Below are positions 24,940-34,161 of a stretch of DNA of 64,000 nt, one piece after another. Made by a program: the position numbers and the translations under genes. Source of the stretch: an uncultured Actinomycetota bacterium (GTDB taxonomy: Bacteria; Actinomycetota; Actinomycetes; JAHEKZ01). The stretch lies in contig CAVQYR010000001.1 in the NCBI GenBank assembly GCA_963718235.1, forward strand, positions 1,024,001 to 1,088,000, written 5' to 3'. Every line of letters begins with the position of its first letter. The first letter of the stretch is position 1. A model generated the notes under the pieces. It saw only the letters and a program-made list of their open reading frames with translations, searched no databases and was not told the origin of the DNA.

Positions 24940-25952
24940 TGGGGGTAGACCGCCTCGTCCGGGGCAACGTTCTCGACCGTCACGGCCTTGAGCTCGTCGG
25001 CGGTTCCGCCGAGCCCCTCAATCATGGTGATGTAGTCGTACTGCATCAACCCGAGCCAGGAGTGGTCGGCCTCACCCGGTGCACCCGGGAGGTCGTCGTC
25101 GCGCAGGGTGTCCTCGTAGCGGGCTCCGGTGGCCCGGCCGATCTCCTCGAGCACGGCAGAAGGGAAGACCTCCGAGCCGAAGATCGTGGGCACGTTCTCG
25201 GCCTTGACCTGGTCGATCAGGCGGGCGACCTCCTGGGGGGTCGGGTCCTCGAAGTTCTTGGGCTGGACCGCCCCGACGACCTCCCAGCCGAACGTCTTGG
25301 CGAAGTAGGCGTAGGCGTCGTGGTAGGTGAGCAGGCGGAGGTTGCCGTCGGGGACGGTCTTCTGGTCCGCACGAAGGGCGCTGGCCAGCTCGTCGGTCTT
25401 GGCGATGAAGGCCTCTTCGTTGGCCCGGTAGTAGTCGGCGTTGTCGGGGTCGCGCTCGGCCAGGGTGTCGGCGATCACGGTGGCGTACTTGGCTGCGTAC
25501 GTGGGGTCGGTCCACAGGTGGGGGTTCGGCTTGCCGTCCTCCTCCGGGAACGAGAAGTCATAGATCCACTCGTCCTCGGGCAGCACCTCGTCGCCGATGT
25601 CGACGATCTCGGCGCCGTCCTTCATGTTCGCCTCGGCGAGGTCCTTGGTGGGCTCCTCGAGCTGTAGTCCGTTGACGAAGATGACGTCAGCGGTGCTGAG
25701 CAGCTCGGCGACCTGCGGGGCTGGCTCGAACGTGTGTGAGTTGGTGCCCTCGGGGACGATGCCCTCGACGTTCACCTTGTCGCCGCCGATGTTGGCGGCG
25801 ATCGAGGTGATCGGGGCCACGGTGGTGGCGACGAGCAGCTGGCCGTCGTCCGCGGCGGGGTTCGAGGAGTCCGACGAGCAGGCGGTCAGGGACAGCGCGG
25901 CAGCGGCGCCTACGGCAAGGGCAGCGTGAGGGAACCAGCGGTGAGGGGGCAT
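24936..25952 (-). CDS. Zn/Mn ABC transporter substrate-binding lipoprotein (cluster A-I)
   Basis: Lipobox LTAC; NSHTFEP, PNPHLWTDP, TYHDAYAYF. Confidence 0.92.
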   Translation of the reverse strand: MPPHRWFPHAALAVGAAAALSLTACSSDSSNPAADDGQLLVATTVAPITSIAANIGGDKVNVEGIVPEGTNSHTFEPAPQVAELLSTADVIFVNGLQLEEPTKDLAEANMKDGAEIVDIGDEVLPEDEWIYDFSFPEEDGKPNPHLWTDPTYAAKYATVIADTLAERDPDNADYYRANEEAFIAKTDELASALRADQKTVPDGNLRLLTYHDAYAYFAKTFGWEVVGAVQPKNFEDPTPQEVARLIDQVKAENVPTIFGSEVFPSAVLEEIGRATGARYEDTLRDDDLPGAPGEADHSWLGLMQYDYITMIEGLGGTADELKAVTVENVAPDEAVYPQ

Positions 25953-25981
25953 GTCGCGACGGTAACGCGAGAGCGACGCTC

Positions 25982-25998
25982 TTGCAATTCACTTGCAA
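25982..25998. promoter_or_regulatory. Putative Fur-family (Zur-like) operator
   Basis: AT-rich imperfect palindrome TTGCAAttcacTTGCAA about 30 bp upstream of the metal ABC operon. Confidence 0.6.
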
Positions 25999-26044
25999 TT
26001 GGATCGGGGTCGGTACGGTAGGGGAGACCCACAGGAGGACCCGC

Positions 26045-26329
26045 GTGAGCAACAGCGACACCCAGCCGACTCCCTCGCCGACCCCGGCGCCACCCCCTCG
26101 CACTGCCGAGCAGATCCAGTCCGACATCGAGTCCGCCCAGAAGCAGCTCGCGGCCACCGTCGACGAGCTGTCCGAGCGGCTCAGCCCTCAGGCCCTGGCC
26201 GAGGACGCGACCGGCGTCGTCAAGGGCTGGTTCGTGCACCCGGACGGGAGCGTCAAGGGCAAGCCGATCGCCATCATCGGTGGCACGCTCGCCGGGCTGA
26301 TCGTGCTGCGCCAGCTGTTCCACGACTGA
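26045..26329 (+). CDS. DUF3618-family protein
   Basis: RTAEQIQSDIESAQKQLAATVDELSERLSP plus C-terminal TM helix; AGGAGG RBS. Confidence 0.85.
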   Translation: MSNSDTQPTPSPTPAPPPRTAEQIQSDIESAQKQLAATVDELSERLSPQALAEDATGVVKGWFVHPDGSVKGKPIAIIGGTLAGLIVLRQLFHD

Positions 26330-26670
26330 TGGCCGACGGCGCACGGACCGTCCCCGAGGCGCTGCCGATCAAGATGCTGCACGACCGGGTGCTCGTCGAG
26401 ATCGAGGGCGCCGACGGCGAGCGCACGTCGACCGGGGGGATCCTGATCCCCGCCACCGCACAGGTGGGCAAGCGGCTGGTGTGGGCGCGTGCGGTCGGTA
26501 TCGGCCCCCACGTGCGCAGCATCGAGGTGGGCGACCGGGTCCTGTTCGAGCCCGAGGACCGCGCGGAGGTCGAGCTGCACGGCGCGAGCTACGTGCTCAT
26601 GCGTGAGCGCGACGTCCACGCGGTGGCATCGACCCGGGTCGAGCAGGAATCGTCCGGCCTGTACCTGTGA
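26329..26670 (+). CDS. groES: GroES-like co-chaperonin (no adjacent groEL)
   Basis: PIKMLHDRVLV, TGGILIPATA, VGDRVLF, LMRERDVHAV. Confidence 0.85.
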   Translation: MADGARTVPEALPIKMLHDRVLVEIEGADGERTSTGGILIPATAQVGKRLVWARAVGIGPHVRSIEVGDRVLFEPEDRAEVELHGASYVLMRERDVHAVASTRVEQESSGLYL

Positions 26671-26677
26671 CCCCACG

Positions 26678-28342
26678 ATGACCTCCCCGACCAGCCCCCC
26701 GACCAGACCCGACCTCGTCCTGCTCGGCGGAACGGTCTTCACCGCGGACCGCAACGGGACGACGGCCGAGGCGGTTGCGGTGTCGGGCAACCGGATCGTC
26801 GGCGTCGGGTCCGGGCACGACATGACCGCACAGCTGCCCGATGCGACCACGGTCGACCTCGAAGGTCGCACCGTCCTCCCGGGCCTGATCGACGCGCACA
26901 ACCACTTCCTCGCCACGGGCGAGATGCTCGCGTGCCTGGACGTTCGCTACCCCGGCGTGGCGAGCGTGGAGGAGCTGGTTCGCGCGCTTGCCGACGAGGC
27001 GGCGCGAACGCCGCCCGGCACGTGGGTGGTTGCGACCGGCTTCGACCACGCCAAGTACGAGCGGGAGCCGACCCGGTGGGACCTCGACGACGCCACAACG
27101 GAGCACCCCGTCTTCGTGCTGCACGTGTCCGGGCACCAGGGGATCGCCAACAGTGCCGCGCTGGCGGCACGGGGGATTTCCGACGCGACGCCGGATCCTG
27201 CCGGCGGACACCTGGTGAGGGACGAGCACGGTCGACCGACTGGCCTGTGCGTGGAGACCGCGCTCGGCCTGCTCCAGCCGGTCGAGCTGGAGATCGGTCA
27301 CCACGGCCCCAACTTCCATGCGAGTCGGCCCCTGACGGAGCTCGTCGACGCGGTCGACCGCGCGGGTCGGGCGTTCGTGGCGGTCGGGCTCACCACCGTG
27401 TGCGACGCGCAGGTGACCCGGCGCGAGCTGGTTGCCTACCAGGAGGCGCGTCGCCTGGGTCGACTCGCACGTGCGCACGGTGTGCATGCCGTTGTCGCAC
27501 CAGCTGGCCGAGCTCGAGGCGGTCGGGCTGCGCAGCGGCTTCGGTGACGACCACCTTCGGCTGGGCGCGGTGAAGTTCTACGCCGACGGGTCGCTCATCG
27601 GGGGGACGGCGGCGTTCAGCGAGCCGTTCGGCCGGGCGGGTGAGTTCGTGGGTTCGATGTACTGGGAGCCCGACGCATTCACCGACGCGGTCGTCCGCGC
27701 GCACCGCGCGGGATGGCAGGTCGGGGTCCACGCCCAGGGCGACCGAGCCATCGAGCTGGCGCTGGACTCCTTCGCGGCGGCGTTGGCCGACCGACCTGAC
27801 GCCGACCCCCGCTTCCGGATCGAGCACGCGGGCTACCCCACCGCCGAGCAGGTCGTTCGGATGGCCGACGCTCGGGGTGATCACGGTCAACCAGCCGAGC
27901 TACCTGGTCGACAGCGGCGACGAGTTCGTCGTCCGGCTGGGTCCGCGGGCGCAACGGTTGCAGCCGCTGCGTGACGAGCTGGACGCCGGCGTGCGGATCG
28001 TGCTCAGCAGCGACTCCGACGTCGCGTCCTACCGACCCATGGACACGATCTCAGCAGCAGTGCGGCGTCGGACGGCGTCCGGGAGCTCGATCGGCGCAGG
28101 ACCAGGCCCTCACGATCGAGGAGGCGCTCCTCGCGCACACGATCGAGGCCGCGGTCGCCCTGGGTCTGGAGGATCGGATCGGGTCGATCGAGCCGGGCAA
28201 GCTGGCCGACCTCACGGTGCTCGACGGCGACCTGTTCACGACGGCGGACGACGCGCTGGCCGAGCTGCCCACCTGGATGACAGTCCTCGACGGCGTGGTC
28301 GTGCACGGCGCCCAGCCGCAGGGCACCCTCGAAACCCAGTAG
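26678..28342 (+). pseudogene. Amidohydrolase-3 (YtcJ-like), split by ~3 frameshifts (near 27465, 27870, 28100)
   Basis: PGLIDAHNH; VKFYADGS, VHAQGDRA, RIEHA; SSDS; GSIEPGKLADL spread across successive frames; may be sequencing error. Confidence 0.75.
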
Positions 28343-28374
28343 GCGCCGACCCGCCGTTGCGGCACCCTGGACCG

Positions 28375-29016
28375 GTGTCCGCGCTCTCCGTCGCCCCGGC
28401 TCTGACCGGGTTCGTGCTGGGCGTCGCAGTGGCCGCACCGCTGGGCCCGGTCGGGCTGTTGTCCGTGCGTACGTCGATGCGGTTCGGCTTCGGAGCCGGC
28501 GCGGCGATCGGTTGGGGTGCAGCAACCATCGACACCGTCTATGCCGCACTGGGGCTGCTCGGTGCCGGTGCCGTGCTGCGGATCGATTCCGCCCGGCTGG
28601 CCTTCGGGCTCGTGGGAGCCGCCGTCCTGGTCTGGTTCGGGGTGCGCACCCTGCACAGCGCCTCGCGCGTGCGCACCGGGGGAGAGGCCGACGTCGAGGT
28701 GTCGTCGAGGGCGGCGGGGTTTCGCAGTGGGCTGGTGGCGACGGCGTCGAACCCGCTGACGATCCTGACCTGGGCGGCGCTGCTCGGGGCCGCAGTGGCT
28801 GTCACCGACGGCGGTGGCCTGCCGTCCGTTGCCCTGTTGCTGGCAGGGGTGTTCCTGGGCAGTGCCGCCTGGTTCACCGGGCTCACCTGGGCCGCGTCGC
28901 ACGCCGGACGACGGATGTCCGACCGCGCGCTGGTCGTCGTCGACGTCGTCGCCGGGCTGGGGCTGCTCTTGTTCGGTGCCGCCCTGGGTGTGCGCACGGT
29001 GCGCGACAGCACCTGA
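28375..29016 (+). CDS. LysE-family exporter
   Basis: AAPLGPVGLL, GAATIDTVYA, TASNPLTILTW, GVFLGSAAW. Confidence 0.85.
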   Translation: MSALSVAPALTGFVLGVAVAAPLGPVGLLSVRTSMRFGFGAGAAIGWGAATIDTVYAALGLLGAGAVLRIDSARLAFGLVGAAVLVWFGVRTLHSASRVRTGGEADVEVSSRAAGFRSGLVATASNPLTILTWAALLGAAVAVTDGGGLPSVALLLAGVFLGSAAWFTGLTWAASHAGRRMSDRALVVVDVVAGLGLLLFGAALGVRTVRDST

Positions 29017-29046
29017 CCCGACACTCCCGGACCGGCAGGTGCGGGA

Positions 29047-30033
29047 TCAGGGCTGGGCGACTCGGGCGGAGTCCGGATCGACCATGAGCGAACGCGTGTC
29101 GACCGCCACGAAGGCCCGGGCCGGCACCGACTTCAGCTCGTCGAGCAGTCCGGACGGCCACTTGCTGCTCGCATCGCCCTGGAAGTACCACGGTGAGCCG
29201 TTGTCGGCGAGGACGAGCCCGTAGGTCTGCATCGCGCGCAGGACCACCCGGGTGTCGGCGCGGTAGCCACTGAGGTCGAAGCCGGCCTTGAGCCGGAACC
29301 GGGCACCCATGGGCGGGTAGTTCCGGTTGCTCACGCTGCCGGCCTGGTGCCGGGCGGGCCAGACGAAACGACGGTCGGTGACGTCAGTGGTGAACCGGAT
29401 GGCGTGGTCGACGGTGCCGTGCGATACCTCCGACCAGGTCAGGAGCCCCGGCAGGATCGGGAGTCCCGCCGCGTCGGCCGACGTCCACCCGATGCGGCGC
29501 AGCCGGTTCGAGGTCAGGTCCCACACGGCGCCGGAGCCGGCGTGCCACACCCCGTTGCGGCGCTTGGTGTTCCAGGTCTCGTAGAGCCGACAGGTCGAGC
29601 GGTCGACCACGATGGCATGGCGATCCCCGCCGGCCCTCCAACCGCCCTCGATCTTGGTGTCGTTGCCGAGGGGGTAGCGCACCCGGTCGCTCTCGGAGGC
29701 GTAGCCGAAGCGCACCTTCACCTTCGGGTGCGCAGCGCCGACGACGGTGACCGGGATGCCGTAGGGCACGGGCTGCTCGCCGTAGCTGGGCCCGAAGTCC
29801 GGGTGCAGCCGGCTGCTGGGGGACATGTGCCGCAGCCAGTCGGCACTGCGGGCATGAACCGGCAGCGCGCTGATGTCGGCGTGCCAGTAGTTGTCCGACG
29901 GGAACGTCGGGCAGCCGGCGACCGACCGCTTTTCTGGACCGGCCGCGACCGGGGCGGCCAAGGGCAGTGCGACCAAGGACGTCGCCAGGGCGCAGAGGGG
30001 CACGGCAAGGAGCCAGCGCGGTCGCCTGGTCAT
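29047..30033 (-). CDS. Secreted conserved hypothetical protein
   Basis: Signal peptide MTRRPRWLLAVP; FPSDNYWHADIS, GDRHAIVVD, SADAAGLPILPGL, HAIRFT, YGLVLADNGS. Confidence 0.75.
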   Translation of the reverse strand: MTRRPRWLLAVPLCALATSLVALPLAAPVAAGPEKRSVAGCPTFPSDNYWHADISALPVHARSADWLRHMSPSSRLHPDFGPSYGEQPVPYGIPVTVVGAAHPKVKVRFGYASESDRVRYPLGNDTKIEGGWRAGGDRHAIVVDRSTCRLYETWNTKRRNGVWHAGSGAVWDLTSNRLRRIGWTSADAAGLPILPGLLTWSEVSHGTVDHAIRFTTDVTDRRFVWPARHQAGSVSNRNYPPMGARFRLKAGFDLSGYRADTRVVLRAMQTYGLVLADNGSPWYFQGDASSKWPSGLLDELKSVPARAFVAVDTRSLMVDPDSARVAQP

Positions 30034-30233
30034 GCTCCGGGCATCGACTGCTTCGCCGGGCCCGTTGATCGTCCGGGCGGGTGGGAGCGGGCGACGTCCT
30101 CGGCCAGGCACTCGGCGAGGTAGAACTCTCGCGACGGTGGCCCGTCGGGGTACAGGAGGTCGCAGAGCAAGGTGATCGGGACGCCGGCCTGGAGGTGCTC
30201 CCAGGCGCGCGCCACCTCGGGGAGGGGAATCAC
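30030..30233 (-). CDS. Small (67 aa) hypothetical protein, paralog of 33545-33718
   Basis: VIPLPEVARAWEHLQAGVPITLLCDLLYPDGPPSREFYLAE...; stop overlaps next start; promoter-like motif upstream. Confidence 0.6.
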   Translation of the reverse strand: MIPLPEVARAWEHLQAGVPITLLCDLLYPDGPPSREFYLAECLAEDVARSHPPGRSTGPAKQSMPGA

Positions 30234-30243
30234 ACTGATGTGA

Positions 30244-30270
30244 TTCGGCAGCCGGCGCCGACACCTTGAG
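30244..30270 (-). promoter_or_regulatory. Putative sigma28 (FliA/WhiG)-type promoter
   Basis: Minus strand CTCAAG-gtgtcggcgccggct-GCCGAA, 10 nt upstream of GTG 30233. Confidence 0.5.
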
Positions 30271-30369
30271 CCATCCCGCCAGATTTCTCCGCACGACTTC
30301 ACCGGGCACCCCGCGCCGTCGACACCTGCAGTGCGGCCCCGACTCGGGGCCTTGCGCCGGAGGGTGGTC

Positions 30370-31056
30370 ATGGCTCTGCTCGACTGGGTCTCGCTGGGAG
30401 CGGTGCTGTGCGCCGTCACCCTCGGCGTGCTGTGGTCGCGCAGGCGGGTCGACGAGCTCGGTCGACGGCGCCGGTTCCCCTGGGTCTCCGTGGGGCTGCT
30501 CGTGGTCCTCGCAGTCGGGCTCGCGGTGCCGGGGGTGCAGCGACGCAGTGAGGAGGCCACGCTGGCCAAGGTGGCGTCCCAGCTGGCCGGACGTCCGGTC
30601 GACGTCCGCTGCCAGACCCTGGGCCAGTCGTTCGTCGACCTGGGCTCGGAGCTGGGCTGGGTGCCGTGGCGCGCAGACGGCTCGCCCGAGTCCTGGACGC
30701 TCATCAAGCGCAACCAGTGCCGCGACCTCAGTGACTACCTGGGGTCGGACAAGAGCGCGCCGACGCCGAACCAGGTCGTCGCGGTCCACGTGCTCACCCA
30801 TGAGGCGATGCACCTGGCCGGCCACATCAACGAGGCCGAGGCCGAGTGCGCCGCCGTCCAGCGCGACGCCCTGACCGCGACCCTGCTCGGGGCAACTGCG
30901 GCCCACGCCCAGGCACTCGCCCGGCAGTACTGGACCACCGTCTACCCCCGGCTCGCTGGTGACTACCAGACCTCCGACTGCAAGGGCGGCGGGCGGCTCG
31001 ACGAGCACCTGCCGACTCCGCCGTGGCAGGTGGATTCTCCTGGATCGACCCCGTAG
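30370..31056 (+). CDS. Membrane-anchored protein with zincin-like HExxH motif
   Basis: Two N-terminal TM segments; VHVLTHEAMHLAG...EAEAEC; several Cys. Confidence 0.7.
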   Translation: MALLDWVSLGAVLCAVTLGVLWSRRRVDELGRRRRFPWVSVGLLVVLAVGLAVPGVQRRSEEATLAKVASQLAGRPVDVRCQTLGQSFVDLGSELGWVPWRADGSPESWTLIKRNQCRDLSDYLGSDKSAPTPNQVVAVHVLTHEAMHLAGHINEAEAECAAVQRDALTATLLGATAAHAQALARQYWTTVYPRLAGDYQTSDCKGGGRLDEHLPTPPWQVDSPGSTP

Positions 31057-31104
31057 CGGCTGGTCCCGGCCTACTCTCGCAGGGATCGGTCGGGGGGTGA
31101 CGAC

Positions 31105-32709
31105 GTGTCACGACGACTACGCGGCACTGATGTGCGGCGCCACCCTCGCCTCCTCTGGGTCAGCCTGGCGGTGGGCGTCCTCGTGGCTCCGCTGGCTGTG
31201 GGATTGACGTCGTCGGCGGGGGCGGCGACCACCTACACCGTGTCGGGCGTGGTCTACCGAGATCTTGACAACGACGGGGTCCGCGACGCCGGCGAGCCGG
31301 GTGTCGCCGGAATCCGGGTTCACCGCAACTCGGGCGCCGGCACGCCGTCGACAACCACCGGCCCCGACGGCCGGTACAGCCTCAGTGGACTGACCACGAA
31401 GTCCTCTGGCTATCTCGCGGTCGAGACGGGGTGGTTCCGGTCGCAGTGCGCTCAGCTGGCCTGCGTCCCGGGGCCTGGGCCCGACAACGACTTCCAGACC
31501 GACAACCAGTTCATCCACTTCCCGCTGTCGAAGGTGACCCAGAACCTGACGGACCTGAATGTCGGGCTACTGCCGGACTGGCCAGGCAGCGCTTCATCGG
31601 CCCCCGCCCCGGTCGCCGGGAAGGTCCCTGCCAACCCTGTTGATGTCGCGGCCCGCCTGTCGTGGGTGACCAGCTCGTGCAGTGACGGCAAGTACTTCAT
31701 CTGTCGGGCGGGCGACACGTACACGGTCAGCATCCAGCTGCACAACCAGGGGACGACTGCCGTCACCGGACTCGAAGCAGTGCTCGCCCTGCCGGACGGC
31801 GACCGTCCGGCCACCGGCAGTGTCACGCGTGACCTGCTGCTCAATGCTCCGGCCACGTCCCCCGGGGTCTCGGACATGATGGCCGGCCCGATGGATGGTC
31901 AGTCACGCATCCCGATGTCGTTCACCGGGACCCTGGTGCCCGGTGGTCTGGTGCGTGTGACGGGCAAGCTGGTGGTGGGCGGCGCCACCGGCACTCCCGG
32001 CTGCGTCCGCGGGCTCCCCACGACCGCCTGTCCGACCGGAGAGCCCTTCGGTGCTCCGCTCGTGGTGGCGATCACCCACGTGGACCAAGGGGGCGACCCG
32101 GACTCCTTCGGACCGGGCTGCGACGCCGAGACCGACGTCCGGCAGTGCCCGACCGGCATCCACGACAAGCAGGTGGAGCCCGACGAGGTGGACCCGGTCG
32201 GCCACAACGTCGACGCGACGAAGGGTGCCGACGCCACGTACGACTTGACCGGCTCGGTGAGAAGGCTGACCCCGGTAGCCGCCGGCGGCTGGCGGCCCGG
32301 GGACGCGGTGACATGGAGGATGAGTGCGTTCGACTTCGGGCCGGCCCCTGGGCGGACCGGCTGGAGCATGACCCTGCTGCTGCCGGTTGGGAGCTCTCCG
32401 ACTGCCCCGACCAACAACGCCCTTCGCACATGCGTGAAGGGCACCACGGTCGAGGGCTACCCGTTCGTCCGCTGCACGGGGAAGGGCCCGCTCAGCCCCG
32501 GGGTCACCGGGGTCGCGATCGACGTCGGTTCGACGGTGCCTGACGCAGCGTCCGCGAGTGGGCGGATGTCGGTGCTGGCCTACGTCCAACCGGTCGCCGG
32601 CGACGGACCCGAGGTGACTCCATTGGGCGTACCACCCAGCAGCCCCAGCGCGGACCCGGCAGGTACCGCCACCAACAACGACGACTCGGCCACGGTCACG
32701 CTTCAGTGA
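31105..32709 (+). CDS. Secreted protein with SdrD-B-like N-terminal domain
   Basis: Signal peptide; VSGVVYRDLDNDGVRDAGEPGVAGI...TTTGPDGRYSLSGL. Confidence 0.75.
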   Translation: MSRRLRGTDVRRHPRLLWVSLAVGVLVAPLAVGLTSSAGAATTYTVSGVVYRDLDNDGVRDAGEPGVAGIRVHRNSGAGTPSTTTGPDGRYSLSGLTTKSSGYLAVETGWFRSQCAQLACVPGPGPDNDFQTDNQFIHFPLSKVTQNLTDLNVGLLPDWPGSASSAPAPVAGKVPANPVDVAARLSWVTSSCSDGKYFICRAGDTYTVSIQLHNQGTTAVTGLEAVLALPDGDRPATGSVTRDLLLNAPATSPGVSDMMAGPMDGQSRIPMSFTGTLVPGGLVRVTGKLVVGGATGTPGCVRGLPTTACPTGEPFGAPLVVAITHVDQGGDPDSFGPGCDAETDVRQCPTGIHDKQVEPDEVDPVGHNVDATKGADATYDLTGSVRRLTPVAAGGWRPGDAVTWRMSAFDFGPAPGRTGWSMTLLLPVGSSPTAPTNNALRTCVKGTTVEGYPFVRCTGKGPLSPGVTGVAIDVGSTVPDAASASGRMSVLAYVQPVAGDGPEVTPLGVPPSSPSADPAGTATNNDDSATVTLQ

Positions 32710-32813
32710 ACGGAGTGAGTCGTCGCGGCCTGGGCCAGGTGGTTGGCGTGGTGGCGAAGAAAGCACGGACGTTGAGGTTCACGTGGGCCTAGTCTGTCGT
32801 CAAGGAGGCGCTC

Positions 32814-32981
32814 ATGACCGGGACGCGTCACATGCTCACCGGATGGATGAGGCGGCTCCGCATCTGTCGGTGGCAGGACCAGCAGGACAGGACCGCCGCA
32901 CAGCAGCGCGATGCAGAGGAGCGCACCGACATGAGAGCGAAGGGCGTCCTGAAGGAAGGGATGCCCCCGACTCCGTTCTAG
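32814..32981 (+). CDS. Putative 55-aa small protein
   Basis: TAGTCT -10 (32790), AAGGAGG RBS (32802), ATG 32814; MTGTRHMLTGWMRRLRICRWQDQQ...PPTPF*. Confidence 0.45.
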   Translation: MTGTRHMLTGWMRRLRICRWQDQQDRTAAQQRDAEERTDMRAKGVLKEGMPPTPF

Positions 32982-33017
32982 CAGCCACCTCCGCCAGCGA
33001 GCCTAGACTCGATGGCT

Positions 33018-33380
33018 GTGCCAATGGTCGAGGTCGAGCTGGTCAGCGATGACGAACCCGCTCCCGGGATGGCCGACCTCCTGGCTGACCAGATCGGCCT
33101 GGCTCTGCGGGCCGCCGAGGGGTCGACCTGGGTCCGCCTCCGAGTGCTGCGCCCGGATCACTACGGCGAGAGCGGCGGCTCGTTCGGTGACTCCGTCAAG
33201 CCTGTATTCGTGACGGTCACCAGTCGCCGTCAGCCGGCCCGGGAGCAGTTCGCGGACGTCGTGGAGCAGATCACGTCCGCGGTCGCTCGTACGACTGGTC
33301 ACCCGCGGCAGAACGTTCATGTCATCTTCGCGCCAGACGCAGCAGGTCGAGTCGCGTTCGGTGGTCGCGTGGTGGAGTGA
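33018..33380 (+). CDS. Tautomerase (4-OT/MIF superfamily)-like protein
   Basis: GTG-CCA gives an N-terminal Pro; STWVRL, PRQNVHVIFAPDAAGRVAFGG. Confidence 0.65.
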   Translation: MPMVEVELVSDDEPAPGMADLLADQIGLALRAAEGSTWVRLRVLRPDHYGESGGSFGDSVKPVFVTVTSRRQPAREQFADVVEQITSAVARTTGHPRQNVHVIFAPDAAGRVAFGGRVVE

Positions 33381-33421
33381 GCCCCGTAGGCGGCGACCCG
33401 GGTCAACGGCCGGAAAGGACT

Positions 33422-33452
33422 CTGGCCCTTCGCCTATCAGGCGAAAGGCCAG
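33422..33452. terminator. Stem-loop downstream of tRNA-Lys
   Basis: CTGGCCCTTCGCCT-ATC-AGGCGAAAGGCCAG. Confidence 0.6.
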
Positions 33453-33464
33453 GTCAGGCAAGGG

Positions 33465-33537
33465 TGCGCCGCGAGGGACTTGAACCCCCAACCCGCGGAT
33501 TAAGAGTCCGCTGCTCTGCCAGTTGAGCTAGCGGCGC
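33465..33537 (-). tRNA. tRNA-Lys(CTT)
   Basis: GCGCCGCTAGCTCAACTGGCAGAGCAGCGGACTCTTAATCCGCGGGTTGGGGGTTCAAGTCCCTCGCGGCGCA. Confidence 0.95.
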
Positions 33538-33544
33538 GCCGTCC

Positions 33545-33718
33545 TCATCGAGGACTCGCCGACTCTAGCAGCGCCCCCCGGGCGCCGGCCAAATCAGCCC
33601 GTCCGGTCTCGACCGCCAGGATCTCCGCCGACGCAGGCCCGTCGGGATCGAGCAGATCGCAGAGCAGCGACAACGGAACGTGATGATTCAGCAACGTCAT
33701 CACTGACGTGGCACCCAT
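33545..33718 (-). CDS. Small (57 aa) hypothetical protein, paralog of 30030-30233
   Basis: MGATSVMTLLNHHVPLSLLCDLLDPDGPASAEILAVETGRADLAGARGALLESASPR*; GGGGAGG RBS; below ORF-track cutoff. Confidence 0.65.
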   Translation of the reverse strand: MGATSVMTLLNHHVPLSLLCDLLDPDGPASAEILAVETGRADLAGARGALLESASPR

Positions 33719-33855
33719 GTGGTTTCCCTCCCCGCAGACCGTTCAAATGAGGGATCGGGATCTGCGGTTCAGGCTTGTTGCACCGTTCGGGTGCCCGGGG
33801 TCACGAGGGGTCACCCGAGTGCCGTGGCCCGTCACCCCTCCGGGGGATCAACGAG

Positions 33856-34038
33856 TCAGGCGCTGCGTCCGCGCAGGGCCATCACGACCGCACCGACCAC
33901 GGTCGCCGCCACGATGAGCAGTACCAGGTTGCGGATCATGTGCCCGCCACCCTCGGGCTCGTCCACGAGGGAGAGGATGTCGACCTCGTCGATGCCGTCC
34001 TTGACTACCTCGAGTGTTTCGGCCTGCGTCGTGGTCAT
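33856..34038 (-). CDS. Small (60 aa) membrane protein
   Basis: GAGGAG RBS; acidic N-terminus and C-terminal TM helix. Confidence 0.6.
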   Translation of the reverse strand: MTTTQAETLEVVKDGIDEVDILSLVDEPEGGGHMIRNLVLLIVAATVVGAVVMALRGRSA

Positions 34039-34161
34039 GGCACGCTCCTCGTCGGCTCTGCGGGCGCCGGTCTGCGCCCTGCCCCCTCATCCTCACCTAT
34101 TCGCGGCCGCCGCGCACGGGGCTATGGGCCCTGGACCGAGGGGGTGCGGCAGGCTTGCCTC

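Noticed and set aside
33720-33850. Riboswitch upstream of the 57-aa ORF
   Set aside because: Some pairing is possible (CCGCAGA...TCTGCGG), but I could not recognise any aptamer consensus; an Infernal/Rfam scan would be needed.
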